From positions 706,774 to 770,773 of the forward strand of contig CAZJXP010000001.1 of NCBI GenBank assembly GCA_964550175.1: a stretch of DNA of 64,000 nucleotides. Direction: 5' to 3'. Made by a program: the position numbers and the translations under genes. Below, in pieces: positions 18,452 through 27,624 of the stretch; positions within the stretch are counted from its first letter, which is position 1, and each line of letters starts with the position of its first letter. This DNA comes from an uncultured Methanosarcinales archaeon. Lineage in GTDB: Archaea; Nanobdellota; Nanobdellia; Woesearchaeales; ARS49. The notes beneath the pieces are model-generated. The model searched no databases and was not told where the DNA came from. It saw nothing but the letters and a program-made list of their open reading frames with translations.

Positions 18452-19782
18452 AAATCAACGGCTCGCAAAAGCACATCCTCGACAGCGGAGGCTGGTGGGG
18501 AATGTACGACGGGCTCACAGCAGGCTATCTCATTGCGTATGCGCTCGCGCTCGGCGCGAGCAACACGATCGTCGGCGTCATCGGCGCGATCCCGTTCATC
18601 GCAGCGCTCTTGAGCGAGATCCCCGGTGCGAAATTACTTGAACGCTTTTCGCGGTTGAAGATTTACCGCGTCTCAAGCACGCTCGCGCGCCTCGGCTGGA
18701 TAGGGATAATCGTTGCGCCGTTCGTGTTCACGAAAGCCCCGCTGTTCGCCGTCGTCATGTTCTTCTTTTTGATACGTTGCCTCGATTATTTAGCTGACCC
18801 TGCGTGGACAACGCTGTTGGCAGATGTTATCCCCCCTAAAATCCGCGGCGAGTTCATCGCGCGCAGGATTAAGCTCATTGGCATCGCGGGAATGATCTCG
18901 CTCATTGTAGGCGGCTGGTATTTGGACCTGTTCATTTCCGGCGATTTGTTCGGTTTCGTCACGATGTTCGGCATCGGCGTGCTGTGTGGATTGGCGACGA
19001 CATTCGTGACGACGCGCGTCAAGGAACCGCCGTACCAAGACCACATCCATCATGGGTTCAGGGAGTTCTTCAAGATCGAGGGGGATTTCAAGAAATACAC
19101 CCTGTTCGTCTTCTGCTTCAATTTCGCGTTCATGCTCGCCTCTCCGTTTTTCACGGCGTACATTCTCCATGACTTGGGACAGAGTTACACGATTTTCGCG
19201 CTGTCGACGGCCGTCGCGACCATAAGCAAAATTCTCGTGTTCACGCACATGGGAAAGCTTTCGGACAAATACGGCGACAAGCCCGTTCTGCTATTGAGCG
19301 TCATGAGCACGGCGCTCGTGCCGTTCGCGTTTATTTTTGTCACGGTGGACACGCTGTGGCTGCTCTGGCCGGCGCAAATCCTCGCGGGCATCGCCTGGGC
19401 AGGCTATGACGTGTCCATCTTCAACATGTTCCTTAGCCTGACGACGCCGGACAAGCGCGCGGTGCAGACCGCGACATACAACATCGTCACGAGCATCCCG
19501 CTCGTGATCGCGCCGATCGTCGGCGGCTGGATCGCGGACAATATCGCGATCGGACTTGTTGGAATCCCGGTGATATTCCTGTTATCGGGCGGGCTGCGGT
19601 TCTTGACCTCGCTTCTTTTGATACGCATCCCTGAGAACAGAGTGAAGCACAATTACGCGCTGTCGGAAGTGTTCTTGCACACCATCGAAATGCACCCGTC
19701 GCGCGGGCTGCAGACAAGATGGGTCGGACTGATGCGCAATGTCAAGCGGCGCGGGCTTCTGTTCACTGGACTATTCCGGTAG
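18448..19782 (+). CDS. MFS-type transporter
   Basis: About 12 TM segments; overlaps the upstream stop. Confidence 0.7.
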   Translation: MKINGSQKHILDSGGWWGMYDGLTAGYLIAYALALGASNTIVGVIGAIPFIAALLSEIPGAKLLERFSRLKIYRVSSTLARLGWIGIIVAPFVFTKAPLFAVVMFFFLIRCLDYLADPAWTTLLADVIPPKIRGEFIARRIKLIGIAGMISLIVGGWYLDLFISGDLFGFVTMFGIGVLCGLATTFVTTRVKEPPYQDHIHHGFREFFKIEGDFKKYTLFVFCFNFAFMLASPFFTAYILHDLGQSYTIFALSTAVATISKILVFTHMGKLSDKYGDKPVLLLSVMSTALVPFAFIFVTVDTLWLLWPAQILAGIAWAGYDVSIFNMFLSLTTPDKRAVQTATYNIVTSIPLVIAPIVGGWIADNIAIGLVGIPVIFLLSGGLRFLTSLLLIRIPENRVKHNYALSEVFLHTIEMHPSRGLQTRWVGLMRNVKRRGLLFTGLFR

Positions 19783-19818
19783 CAAAGTTTTTTAAGGGCA
19801 GACGAACGCGAAAACCAA

Positions 19819-20517
19819 ATGGAAAAGGCAAAGAAACCGATTCTTTCATCAAAAGCAACGCAGACCAAATCAGACATTCCTTCTTCATTCGACCATAAGG
19901 ATGAGCAGAAACCGCAGCAATTCGTTATGAAGACGAGCATCTGGCGCAAGATCTGGTGGTTCATCTGGGAAGATACCAGCGTGTGGAGCTGGATTGTCAA
20001 TGTTATTCTTGCATTTGTGATTATCAAATTCTTGGTGTATCCTGGATTGGGATTCGCGTTGGGGACAACGCACCCCATCGTTGCGGTCGTTTCCGGCTCG
20101 ATGGAACACGACGAAAGCTTCGACAAATGGTGGACCGTGTCGGGACCGAACTGCAACAAAACCCCGTTCGAGCTTTACTCGCCGTATGGCATCACAAAAG
20201 AGCAATTTAATGCGTATTCATTCCATAACGGGTTCAATAAAGGAGACCTCATGATATTGAAGCGCACGAATTCGCTGCAGGTGGGCGATGTCGTCGTGTT
20301 CGACGGCGGAATGAGCGATCCCATCATCCACCGCGCGATATTGCTGGCCAATGATACAGTTTCGACGAAAGGGGATCATAACTGCGCCTCTGCGGCTTTT
20401 GAACGCGACATCTCATCCGATCGATTGATCGGCAAGGCAATCCTCCGCATTCCGTTCCTTGGTTGGATAAAGATAGGGTTCGTCGAGCTTGTTGGACTTA
20501 TCACGGGGCGTGCGTAA
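19819..20517 (+). CDS. signal peptidase I (archaeal/Sec11 type, S26B)
   Basis: 'VVSGSMEHDE' Ser box and 'GDVVVFDGG...HRAI' box. Confidence 0.7.
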   Translation: MEKAKKPILSSKATQTKSDIPSSFDHKDEQKPQQFVMKTSIWRKIWWFIWEDTSVWSWIVNVILAFVIIKFLVYPGLGFALGTTHPIVAVVSGSMEHDESFDKWWTVSGPNCNKTPFELYSPYGITKEQFNAYSFHNGFNKGDLMILKRTNSLQVGDVVVFDGGMSDPIIHRAILLANDTVSTKGDHNCASAAFERDISSDRLIGKAILRIPFLGWIKIGFVELVGLITGRA

Positions 20518-20828
20518 TGTTCTGCCCGAAATGCAAGTCGATATTGATGCCGCGCATGATGAATGGCAAACGAGTGCTTGGCTGTTCCTGCGGCTATAAA
20601 GCCGAAGGCAGCGTGACCATAACGGAAGAAGTCCGCAATAACAACAAGGAAGTCACCGTGATGGACAAGGAAGATCATGAGTCTCTTCCGTTGACGGACA
20701 ACATGTGCAAGAAGTGCAAGCACCCGAAGTCTTATTTTTGGGAATTGCAGACTCGTTCTGCGGACGAACCGTCTACTCGCTTTTACAAATGCCAGAAGTG
20801 CAAGCACGTCTGGCGGGAATATAAGTAA
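20517..20828 (+). CDS. tfs: transcription factor S (TFS/RpoM)
   Basis: N-terminal ribbon 'MFCPKCKSIL...CSCGY'. C-terminal 'CKKCKH...QTRSADEPSTRFYKCQKCKHVW' TFIIS-type ribbon with the acidic tip. Confidence 0.85.
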   Translation: MFCPKCKSILMPRMMNGKRVLGCSCGYKAEGSVTITEEVRNNNKEVTVMDKEDHESLPLTDNMCKKCKHPKSYFWELQTRSADEPSTRFYKCQKCKHVWREYK

Positions 20829-20908
20829 TCTTTTTACCGCCCCGTTTAGATGCGTTCAGGCCATAATTTTATTTACTATTGAGCCACTAACTCAAAATCT
20901 GCAGTGGC
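20829..20908. repeat. MITE-like repeat, copy E (divergent)
   Basis: 'ctttttaccgccccgtttaga...ctattgagccactaactcaaaatctgcag'. Confidence 0.5.
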
Positions 20909-20936
20909 TAGAACTGCCTGGGAAAAGTAACTTCAC

Positions 20937-21179
20937 ATGGATATTACGCAACACATAAAAAACGGAAAGCTCGCGGTCCGCGTAAAACCCTCGGCGTCTG
21001 AGACTGCAATCATCGGTTACGACGCGGAACGGGAGGCCGTTATCATCTCCGTCGCGGCGCAGCCGGAAGACAACAAGGCGAACATTGCGTTGTTGAAATT
21101 TCTTAAAAAACAGTTGAAGAAGCAAGTGCGACTGGTTTCCGGCGCGAAGTCGCGCGACAAAGTCGTTTCTGTCGATTAG
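20937..21179 (+). CDS. DUF167 (YggU) family protein
   Basis: 80 aa 'LAVRVKPSASETAIIGYD...LKFLKKQL...VRLVSGAKSRDKVV' matches the YggU signature. Confidence 0.6.
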   Translation: MDITQHIKNGKLAVRVKPSASETAIIGYDAEREAVIISVAAQPEDNKANIALLKFLKKQLKKQVRLVSGAKSRDKVVSVD

Positions 21180-21261
21180 TTCCGGAAATCTTCCGCTTTT
21201 TCAGCAAATCTTCCGGAAATTCTTCAGAAACGCATTTGAACGCGAAAATCATTGAGAGTGT

Positions 21262-21507
21262 ATGTCCAACGTCACGTTGATTGTCATGAGCGCCGGAACG
21301 ATGCGCATCACGCAGGCGCACTGGAGAACGGTCAAACTTCTTCTGCAGCACGGATTCAAAGGAGTGCACTGGGCCTCGCAGCCGTGGGTCTCGGAAACAG
21401 ATGCTGGCTATATATTATTGGATTACGGGCAAAAGGTGCTCATTAATGCGCAAAACGCGTTCGATTTAACCCAAATCAAGGGATGGGATGTCATACGGTT
21501 TGTCTAG
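21262..21507 (+). CDS. hypothetical small protein
   Basis: ORF only. Confidence 0.25.
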   Translation: MSNVTLIVMSAGTMRITQAHWRTVKLLLQHGFKGVHWASQPWVSETDAGYILLDYGQKVLINAQNAFDLTQIKGWDVIRFV

Positions 21508-21545
21508 AGAAACCTTTATAAATCACCCATTCGGGGATTGCCTGG

Positions 21546-23609
21546 GTGAATGTAATGGAATATACACAATTAGCACTACCATTTGTTATGATTGTGAGCG
21601 CACTCGGCCTCCTTTTGGCTTGGGGCTTAGCTCGAAACGTCATGAAGCAGGACAAAGGAACTGCTGCCATGCAGAACGTCGCGGGCGCCATCAAAGAAGG
21701 GGCAGAAGCGTTCTTGAAGCGACAGTACAAAACGATTGGCATCCTCGCCCTCGTGGCGGCTGCTGTGCTGTTCGGCGTTTACTGGGGCTTCGGCCAAGTG
21801 AACCTTGCCGTCAGCACCACCATCTCATTCCTTGTCGGCGCATTCCTGTCCGCGATTGCGGGCATCGTCGGAATGGCCATTTCGGTTCGCGCAAACTTGC
21901 GAACGGCCGCGGCCGCACAAACCAGCATGAGCAAAGCGCTGCTCGTCGCGTTGCGCGGCGGAGCCGTCTCTGGCTTGCTTGTTGTCGCATTATCTCTCTT
22001 GGGCGTCGCGGGACTCTATCTCGCGTTCGGCGGAAACCCGACCGAAACTCCCTTTATGATCGTAGGCTTCGGATTCGGAGCCTCATTCGTCGCGTTGTTC
22101 GCGCAGCTTGGCGGCGGTATCTATACCAAGGCAGCTGACGTCGGCGCGGACCTTGTCGGCAAAGTCGAAGCTGGCATTCCGGAAGACGACCCCCGAAACC
22201 CTGCAGTCATCGCAGACCTTGTCGGAGACAACGTAGGCGACTGCGCGGGCCGAGGAGCGGACTTGTTCGAATCAACGGCGGCCGAAAACATCGGAGCGAT
22301 GATTCTCGGAGTCGCGCTCTTCCCGACGTTCGGCGTCGCGGGCGTATTGTTCCCGCTGGTCGCACGAGCGTTCGGCTTGATCGCATCCGTCATCGGCTTG
22401 TTCTCGGTTCGACCGTCTGAAACCGGCGACCCGATGAAGGCATTGAACCGCGGCTACTGGGTCGCGTCAATCTTCGCGGTTGGCGGACTCTACCTCGCGA
22501 CAAAGATGCTCTTGAATAACATCTGGTTCTTCTGGGCGGGCGTTGTCGGCATCGTCGTCAGCATCCTCTTCGTGTACATCACCCAGTATTACACCGAGTA
22601 CAAGTACCGACCGGTCAAGACCATCGCAGAAGCGTCCAAGACCGGCCCGGCGACGAACATTATCGCAGGCTTGGCAATCGCATTTGAGAACACCGGCTTG
22701 CCGGTATTGGTTATTTCAGGCGCATTGTTCCTGTCCAACTGGCTCGGCGTCAACAGCGGCGTCGCGCACGGCGGACTCTACGGAACGGCCATCGCAACGA
22801 TGGGAATGCTGTCAACGGCAGCTTATGTGCTTGCTATGGACACGTTCGGCCCGATCACGGACAACGCAGGCGGCATTGTCGAAATGTCAAAGGCATCTGA
22901 AGCCGTCAGAAAGCGAACGGACAGGCTTGACGCAGTCGGCAACACCACCAAGGCATTGACCAAGGGCTACGCAATCGGTTCGGCTGCGCTTGCGGCGTTC
23001 TTGTTGTTCGCAGCATACATGGACGAAGTTGCCAAGCTTACGGGCGCGGCATTCGCCGTCGTCGACATCGCAAAGGTGCCGGTGTTCATCGGCGCATTGC
23101 TCGGCGGCATGCTTGTCTTCGTCTTCGCGGGATTGACCATTGCGGCCGTCGGAAAGACGGCGCAGTACATCATCACCGAAGTCCGTCGACAATTCAAGGA
23201 CAAGGGCATCATGAAGGGCACCAAGAAGCCTGACTACGCGGCCTGCGTCGACATCACGACCAAGGGAGCCTTGAGAAACATGGTCTTGCCTGGCATCCTG
23301 GCGATCGGATTCCCGATCCTCGTTGGATTTGCCTTGAAGGCAGAAGCCATGGCGGCATTCCTCATGGTCGGTACGATTGCGGGTATCTTGCTTGCGATTG
23401 TGTTGAACAACGGCGGCGGCGCCTGGGACAACGCAAAGAAGTACATCGAATCCGGTGTCTTTGGCGGAAAGGGCTCAGAAGCGCACAAGGCAGCTGTCGT
23501 AGGAGACACGGTCGGAGACCCTTGCAAGGACACGGCAGGACCGTCTTTGCACGTCTTGATAAAGATGCTTGCAACCATTACGTTGGTGCTTGCACCTTTG
23601 TTCCTGTAA
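21546..23609 (+). CDS. hppA: membrane-bound H+(or Na+)-translocating pyrophosphatase
   Basis: 'GDNVGDCAGRGADLFES', 'DNAGGIVEM', 'GDTVGDPCKDTAGP' and about 16 TM segments. Confidence 0.95.
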   Translation: MNVMEYTQLALPFVMIVSALGLLLAWGLARNVMKQDKGTAAMQNVAGAIKEGAEAFLKRQYKTIGILALVAAAVLFGVYWGFGQVNLAVSTTISFLVGAFLSAIAGIVGMAISVRANLRTAAAAQTSMSKALLVALRGGAVSGLLVVALSLLGVAGLYLAFGGNPTETPFMIVGFGFGASFVALFAQLGGGIYTKAADVGADLVGKVEAGIPEDDPRNPAVIADLVGDNVGDCAGRGADLFESTAAENIGAMILGVALFPTFGVAGVLFPLVARAFGLIASVIGLFSVRPSETGDPMKALNRGYWVASIFAVGGLYLATKMLLNNIWFFWAGVVGIVVSILFVYITQYYTEYKYRPVKTIAEASKTGPATNIIAGLAIAFENTGLPVLVISGALFLSNWLGVNSGVAHGGLYGTAIATMGMLSTAAYVLAMDTFGPITDNAGGIVEMSKASEAVRKRTDRLDAVGNTTKALTKGYAIGSAALAAFLLFAAYMDEVAKLTGAAFAVVDIAKVPVFIGALLGGMLVFVFAGLTIAAVGKTAQYIITEVRRQFKDKGIMKGTKKPDYAACVDITTKGALRNMVLPGILAIGFPILVGFALKAEAMAAFLMVGTIAGILLAIVLNNGGGAWDNAKKYIESGVFGGKGSEAHKAAVVGDTVGDPCKDTAGPSLHVLIKMLATITLVLAPLFL

Positions 23610-23641
23610 ATATCTTCTTTTTTTTCTTTTTTTTATTAATT
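23610..23641 (+). terminator. T-rich terminator
   Basis: 'tatcttcttttttttcttttttttattaatt'. Confidence 0.45.
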
Positions 23642-23653
23642 AATGGGACTGTT

Positions 23654-23853
23654 ATGGCATTGGAAATCAGACTTGGCGAAATAGAATTGGATATGCATCA
23701 TATCACCGTAGTTCTTTGCAGAGCGGCGCACACTGACACTGCGGTCAAAACGCCCGTCGTTTTCGGAAAGCAGATGGATGTTTATTGCCCGAAATGCAAA
23801 GTGCAGTATACCCGTCGGATGACCGCGCCCGAAAAAAGGATTTATACTTGATT
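23654..23853 (+). CDS. small hypothetical protein (possible CxxC metal-binding)
   Basis: 66-aa ORF containing 'CPKCK'. Weak support. Confidence 0.2.
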
Positions 23854-24498
23854 CTAATATTTCAGATTTACCAGCGTATTGTTCAGGAACTTGAAAATAT
23901 CCTCCGTGACCTTGTCCTTCGGCTGGTTCGCGTCGATGTGCTTGACGATGCCGCGCGGCTCGTAGAACGCGATGACGGGTTTTGTGAGGGTTTCGTACTC
24001 ATGCATGCGTCGTGCAACAATCTCTTTCGTGGTGTCATCGTGACGCGTGAACAACGGAATCCTGCACTGGCCGCATAGCGCGGGATTGCTCAAGCCGTCC
24101 GTTAGCCCGAAGACCCGTCCGCATTGGTTGCAGCAACGCCGCGCCATAAGGCGCTCTTTCGCGATTTCTTGCGGCAGATCCAACGCGAGCACATATTGAG
24201 GCCGGCTTATGTTGTCAAGCGCTTTCGCCTGAGCTACCGTTCTCGGGAAACCGTCCCAAAGCCTGCCTTGCCGCACCGGTTTCGTCATAAGATACTCGAT
24301 CATCAGGTCGTCCGGCACAAGCTGTCCGTCGTCTTTGATGACACGTAATTTTCTCCCGTAATACGTGTCCTGCTTGACTTCCGCACGGATGAGGTCTCCG
24401 GTTGAAAGATGAACGATGCCATAATGGGCTTCGATGCGCTTGCCTTGCGTGCCCTTGCCCGCGCCTGGAATGCTAATGAGCACGACGTCTATGCTCAC
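23854..24498 (-). CDS. adk: adenylate kinase (long form with Zn lid)
   Basis: P-loop 'GAGKGTQ'; lid 'CNQCGRV...CGQC'. Confidence 0.9.
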   Translation of the reverse strand: MSIDVVLISIPGAGKGTQGKRIEAHYGIVHLSTGDLIRAEVKQDTYYGRKLRVIKDDGQLVPDDLMIEYLMTKPVRQGRLWDGFPRTVAQAKALDNISRPQYVLALDLPQEIAKERLMARRCCNQCGRVFGLTDGLSNPALCGQCRIPLFTRHDDTTKEIVARRMHEYETLTKPVIAFYEPRGIVKHIDANQPKDKVTEDIFKFLNNTLVNLKY

Positions 24499-25235
24499 CT
24501 AAATCCCTCCAACGTGGACTGCTTCTTGTCAAACTCTTCCAAGTATTTCGGCGGCTTTATCGCTTTGAACTCGTAGCCCCAATCCTCGAGCATCGCTTTC
24601 GCGTTTTCGGTGATCTTCGGGGCGGCGAGGATGCCGCGAATCTTTGAGACTCCCTTGCTGACCATCATCTTTTCTATGTAACGTCGTAATTGTGTGACGG
24701 CTGAAAGGTCGGCGCAGTAGCGCTTGCATTCGACAATCGTTAACGTTCCGTTCTTGTCCGTCCCGAACACGTCGATGAACCCGTATGCGGTTTGTTCTTC
24801 TCTTGAGACTGGCTTGAACCCGGTTTCGATCATCTCTGGATGCTCATAGAGCATGTTGCTCATGTCCTCTTCCGTGCCACTGACGACAATCGTTTGGCTG
24901 TCTTCCAGCTTTTGCGAGTTGTAGAAATGGATTCGGTCAAGCTGGATGTCCAAGAATTCCTTGAACGCGAGGTTTTTGCTTTTGAGCAACAGATGGTTGC
25001 CCTCGACCACGACGCTGTGGCTCGTCTCGGGCTTCATGTAGTTGATCGGGGCGTTCCCGGTCGGCTGGTGCACAAGAATAGCTTTATCATTTTTGATGAG
25101 AATAATCCGGTCGCCGCGGCCCAAGACGCTTTCCGCTCGTCCCGAGTAGCGGATGGAACAGGTGCAGCCGATGACGAGAGTTTCGTTGCGGGACAGCGCG
25201 TCGGTGATGAGCGTGGCATAGTCCTGCAAGTTCAT
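24495..25235 (-). CDS. nucS: mismatch endonuclease NucS/EndoMS
   Basis: C-terminal RecB-like 'GFIDVFGTDKNGTLTIVECKR...QLRRY'. 4-nt overlap with adk. Confidence 0.85.
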   Translation of the reverse strand: MNLQDYATLITDALSRNETLVIGCTCSIRYSGRAESVLGRGDRIILIKNDKAILVHQPTGNAPINYMKPETSHSVVVEGNHLLLKSKNLAFKEFLDIQLDRIHFYNSQKLEDSQTIVVSGTEEDMSNMLYEHPEMIETGFKPVSREEQTAYGFIDVFGTDKNGTLTIVECKRYCADLSAVTQLRRYIEKMMVSKGVSKIRGILAAPKITENAKAMLEDWGYEFKAIKPPKYLEEFDKKQSTLEGFR

Positions 25236-25258
25236 GGTGAGAAGGAATAATTGAGGGT

Positions 25259-26305
25259 TTATTTACTTTTGGTCATGCCGGCGTACGTCAGCATTTCATC
25301 ATGGAGGACTTCGAGCTTGACATTCGCGCGCTTGAACAGCTCGCGGGTCTTCTGGGCGCCGTGGTAGCGCTTGTCAGCTACGACTCGCGCGATTCCCGCG
25401 GTGATGATGAGCTTCGCGCAGACATAGCAGGGCTCCATGCGCACATAGATTGTTCCACCGTTGATTGCGATGCCGTGCTTCGCGGCCTGTGCAAGTGCGT
25501 TCTGCTCGGCGTGCGTTGTTCGGATGCAGTGCATCCTCGGCTTCCCGTCGTCTCCGATGACTTCCTGAATCTCGTGGCCGACCTCATCGCAATGCGGGAC
25601 CCCTTTCGGTGAGCCGACGTAGCCGGTCGCGAGAAGCTGTTTGTCCTTGACGATGACCGAACCAGCACGTCCTCGGTCGCAGGTCGAACGCTTCGCGACT
25701 TCGTTCGCGATGTTCATGAAATACTCGTCCCAGCTCGGCCTCGGGAGCGCGAGCTTATGCCCCCAATCGTCGATGAACTTGTCAATTTTCTTGTGGAGCT
25801 GCTCTAACGTGCCGTCGTTCTTGATTACGATTCTTGCGAGCTTGACGGTTCGGTTGAGCTGCTGATGCGAGGGATTGTCGTGGTTTTCCTGCTGCTCGCA
25901 TCTTTTCAGGTCGTTCGCGGTCTTTATTTTCTTATCTTCCGGCTTGTTTCTTGCCTTTATTCTTTCAAACCGGACGCCGAACGGCGCATCGATGCACAAC
26001 AGGATGAAGTCTTTTCGTTTCTTTAGTTCTTCAACCTCGTGCGGGTTTCTGATGCTGCTGATGACAAAATTCTTGTCGGCGTCGATCTTCTTTATCGCGC
26101 GCTCGCCTAACACTCCCGGCCCGAACTTTTCTCTCAACTCGTTCCCGAGATTGATGAGATTCTCCCTGGTCACCTCTGTTCCCCGAACCTTCGCTTCCTC
26201 GCGGATCATGTCAGAAAGAGAAAAATGGCCGTATCCCTTGGACATCAAGTAGTCGGCGACCGTGTCCTTGCCGCTGCAATACAAGCCTGTGAGCCCGATA
26301 AGCAT
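25259..26305 (-). CDS. fusion of P-loop (d)NMP-kinase-like domain with dCMP deaminase domain
   Basis: N-terminal 'GLTGLYCSGKDT' Walker A. C-terminal 'HAEQNA...PCYVCAKLI' cytidine/dCMP deaminase zinc motif. Confidence 0.75.
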   Translation of the reverse strand: MLIGLTGLYCSGKDTVADYLMSKGYGHFSLSDMIREEAKVRGTEVTRENLINLGNELREKFGPGVLGERAIKKIDADKNFVISSIRNPHEVEELKKRKDFILLCIDAPFGVRFERIKARNKPEDKKIKTANDLKRCEQQENHDNPSHQQLNRTVKLARIVIKNDGTLEQLHKKIDKFIDDWGHKLALPRPSWDEYFMNIANEVAKRSTCDRGRAGSVIVKDKQLLATGYVGSPKGVPHCDEVGHEIQEVIGDDGKPRMHCIRTTHAEQNALAQAAKHGIAINGGTIYVRMEPCYVCAKLIITAGIARVVADKRYHGAQKTRELFKRANVKLEVLHDEMLTYAGMTKSK

Positions 26306-26472
26306 GGATTTTCAATTCTCCTGTTGCTTAAATGGATTCTGCGTCGCAGAAGTAGAGGTTAGAAACGCATCGTTATTGACGACAAATTTCGTCTTTATAA
26401 ACTTCTGACCAGTCAAGAATACACGTTGGATGACAATAATCGATTTAAGTATGGGTTGAGAGAAAAATCGAT

Positions 26473-27624
26473 ATGGGGGAGTTCGTAAAAAACAAATATG
26501 GCGTGCTACCGCGCCAGGAACTTCTCGACGCATTTGATTGCGGAATGCTCAGTTCTGAAACGGATCCAAAATCATATATGCAGCCCGCGAGCGTCGACAT
26601 TCCGCTCGGCGAACGAGTCATTCGTTTAAAATCATCGTTTTTGCCCGATAATAAGATAGGGTCCGTTGAGGCAACCATTAAAAAATTGAGTCGTGATGAA
26701 TTTTCTTTAAATGAGCTTGTTCCCAAAGCGTTAGTTCGCGGACAAACCTATCTTGCCGAATTGGATATGGAAGCTAACTTACAGAAAAATTATTCTGGCA
26801 CGCTTAATCCAAAAAGCACAACCGGACGAGCGGACTGTCTCACGCGGGTTATTGTCGACGGCGTGCGCAATTATGATACGGTGTCGGAAGGAAAGGGGCG
26901 AAAATTCTGGCTTGAAATCACTCCCTTGAGCTGGGACGTGAAAGTGACCAAAGGCCTCGCACTTAATCAGTTGCGATTATCCTACGGCGAAAATCCGCTT
27001 GATGAAGGAGCATTAGTCATGGCATACATGAAGACTCCGTTGCTTATCGACCCGGAAGGACAGACCATACCCATTGAAAAAGCGTGCTTCAAGCGAGGCG
27101 GGCTGGAAATGACCGTTGACCTCGATGCGGATATTGTAGGGTATAAAGCGAAAAGAAATTCGCTCCTCGAGTTCAATCTTAGCGCGGAAAAAGGGACGCT
27201 TGCGGAACAACAAAACAAGTTCTTTGAGCCGATTGAGCGCCCGAAAGATGGCGAGCTGGTTCTTGAACCCGATACGTTCTACCTGCTCGGCACGCGTGAA
27301 AAAGCGGTGATTCCCGAGGGTCTTTGCGGCACATTGCGGGCGTACGATCCGGCATCGGCCGAAGGACGCGTTCATTACGCCGGTTTCTTCGATCCGGGCT
27401 TTTGCGCGCACGCAACATTGGAAGTCAGACTCAATCATTTACCGTTCTTGATCAAGGATGGACAGCCCATCTGCGTCTTGCAGTACGAACGCATGAAGGA
27501 CATTCCCCGCGACGAGAACGGCGAACCAAAGCTCTATGTGGGGAATTACCAGGACCAGCCGAGAGGACCTAACTTGCCGAAACAGTTCGGCGTGCGGAAA
27601 GTAGAAGCGGGAAGTTTGAGGTGA
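26473..27624 (+). CDS. dcd: dCTP deaminase-like protein, long form (dUTPase fold)
   Basis: 'LGTREKAVIPEGLCGTLRAYDPASAEGRVHYAGFFDPGF' dUTPase/dCTP-deaminase beta-barrel motif. 383 aa. Confidence 0.65.
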   Translation: MGEFVKNKYGVLPRQELLDAFDCGMLSSETDPKSYMQPASVDIPLGERVIRLKSSFLPDNKIGSVEATIKKLSRDEFSLNELVPKALVRGQTYLAELDMEANLQKNYSGTLNPKSTTGRADCLTRVIVDGVRNYDTVSEGKGRKFWLEITPLSWDVKVTKGLALNQLRLSYGENPLDEGALVMAYMKTPLLIDPEGQTIPIEKACFKRGGLEMTVDLDADIVGYKAKRNSLLEFNLSAEKGTLAEQQNKFFEPIERPKDGELVLEPDTFYLLGTREKAVIPEGLCGTLRAYDPASAEGRVHYAGFFDPGFCAHATLEVRLNHLPFLIKDGQPICVLQYERMKDIPRDENGEPKLYVGNYQDQPRGPNLPKQFGVRKVEAGSLR

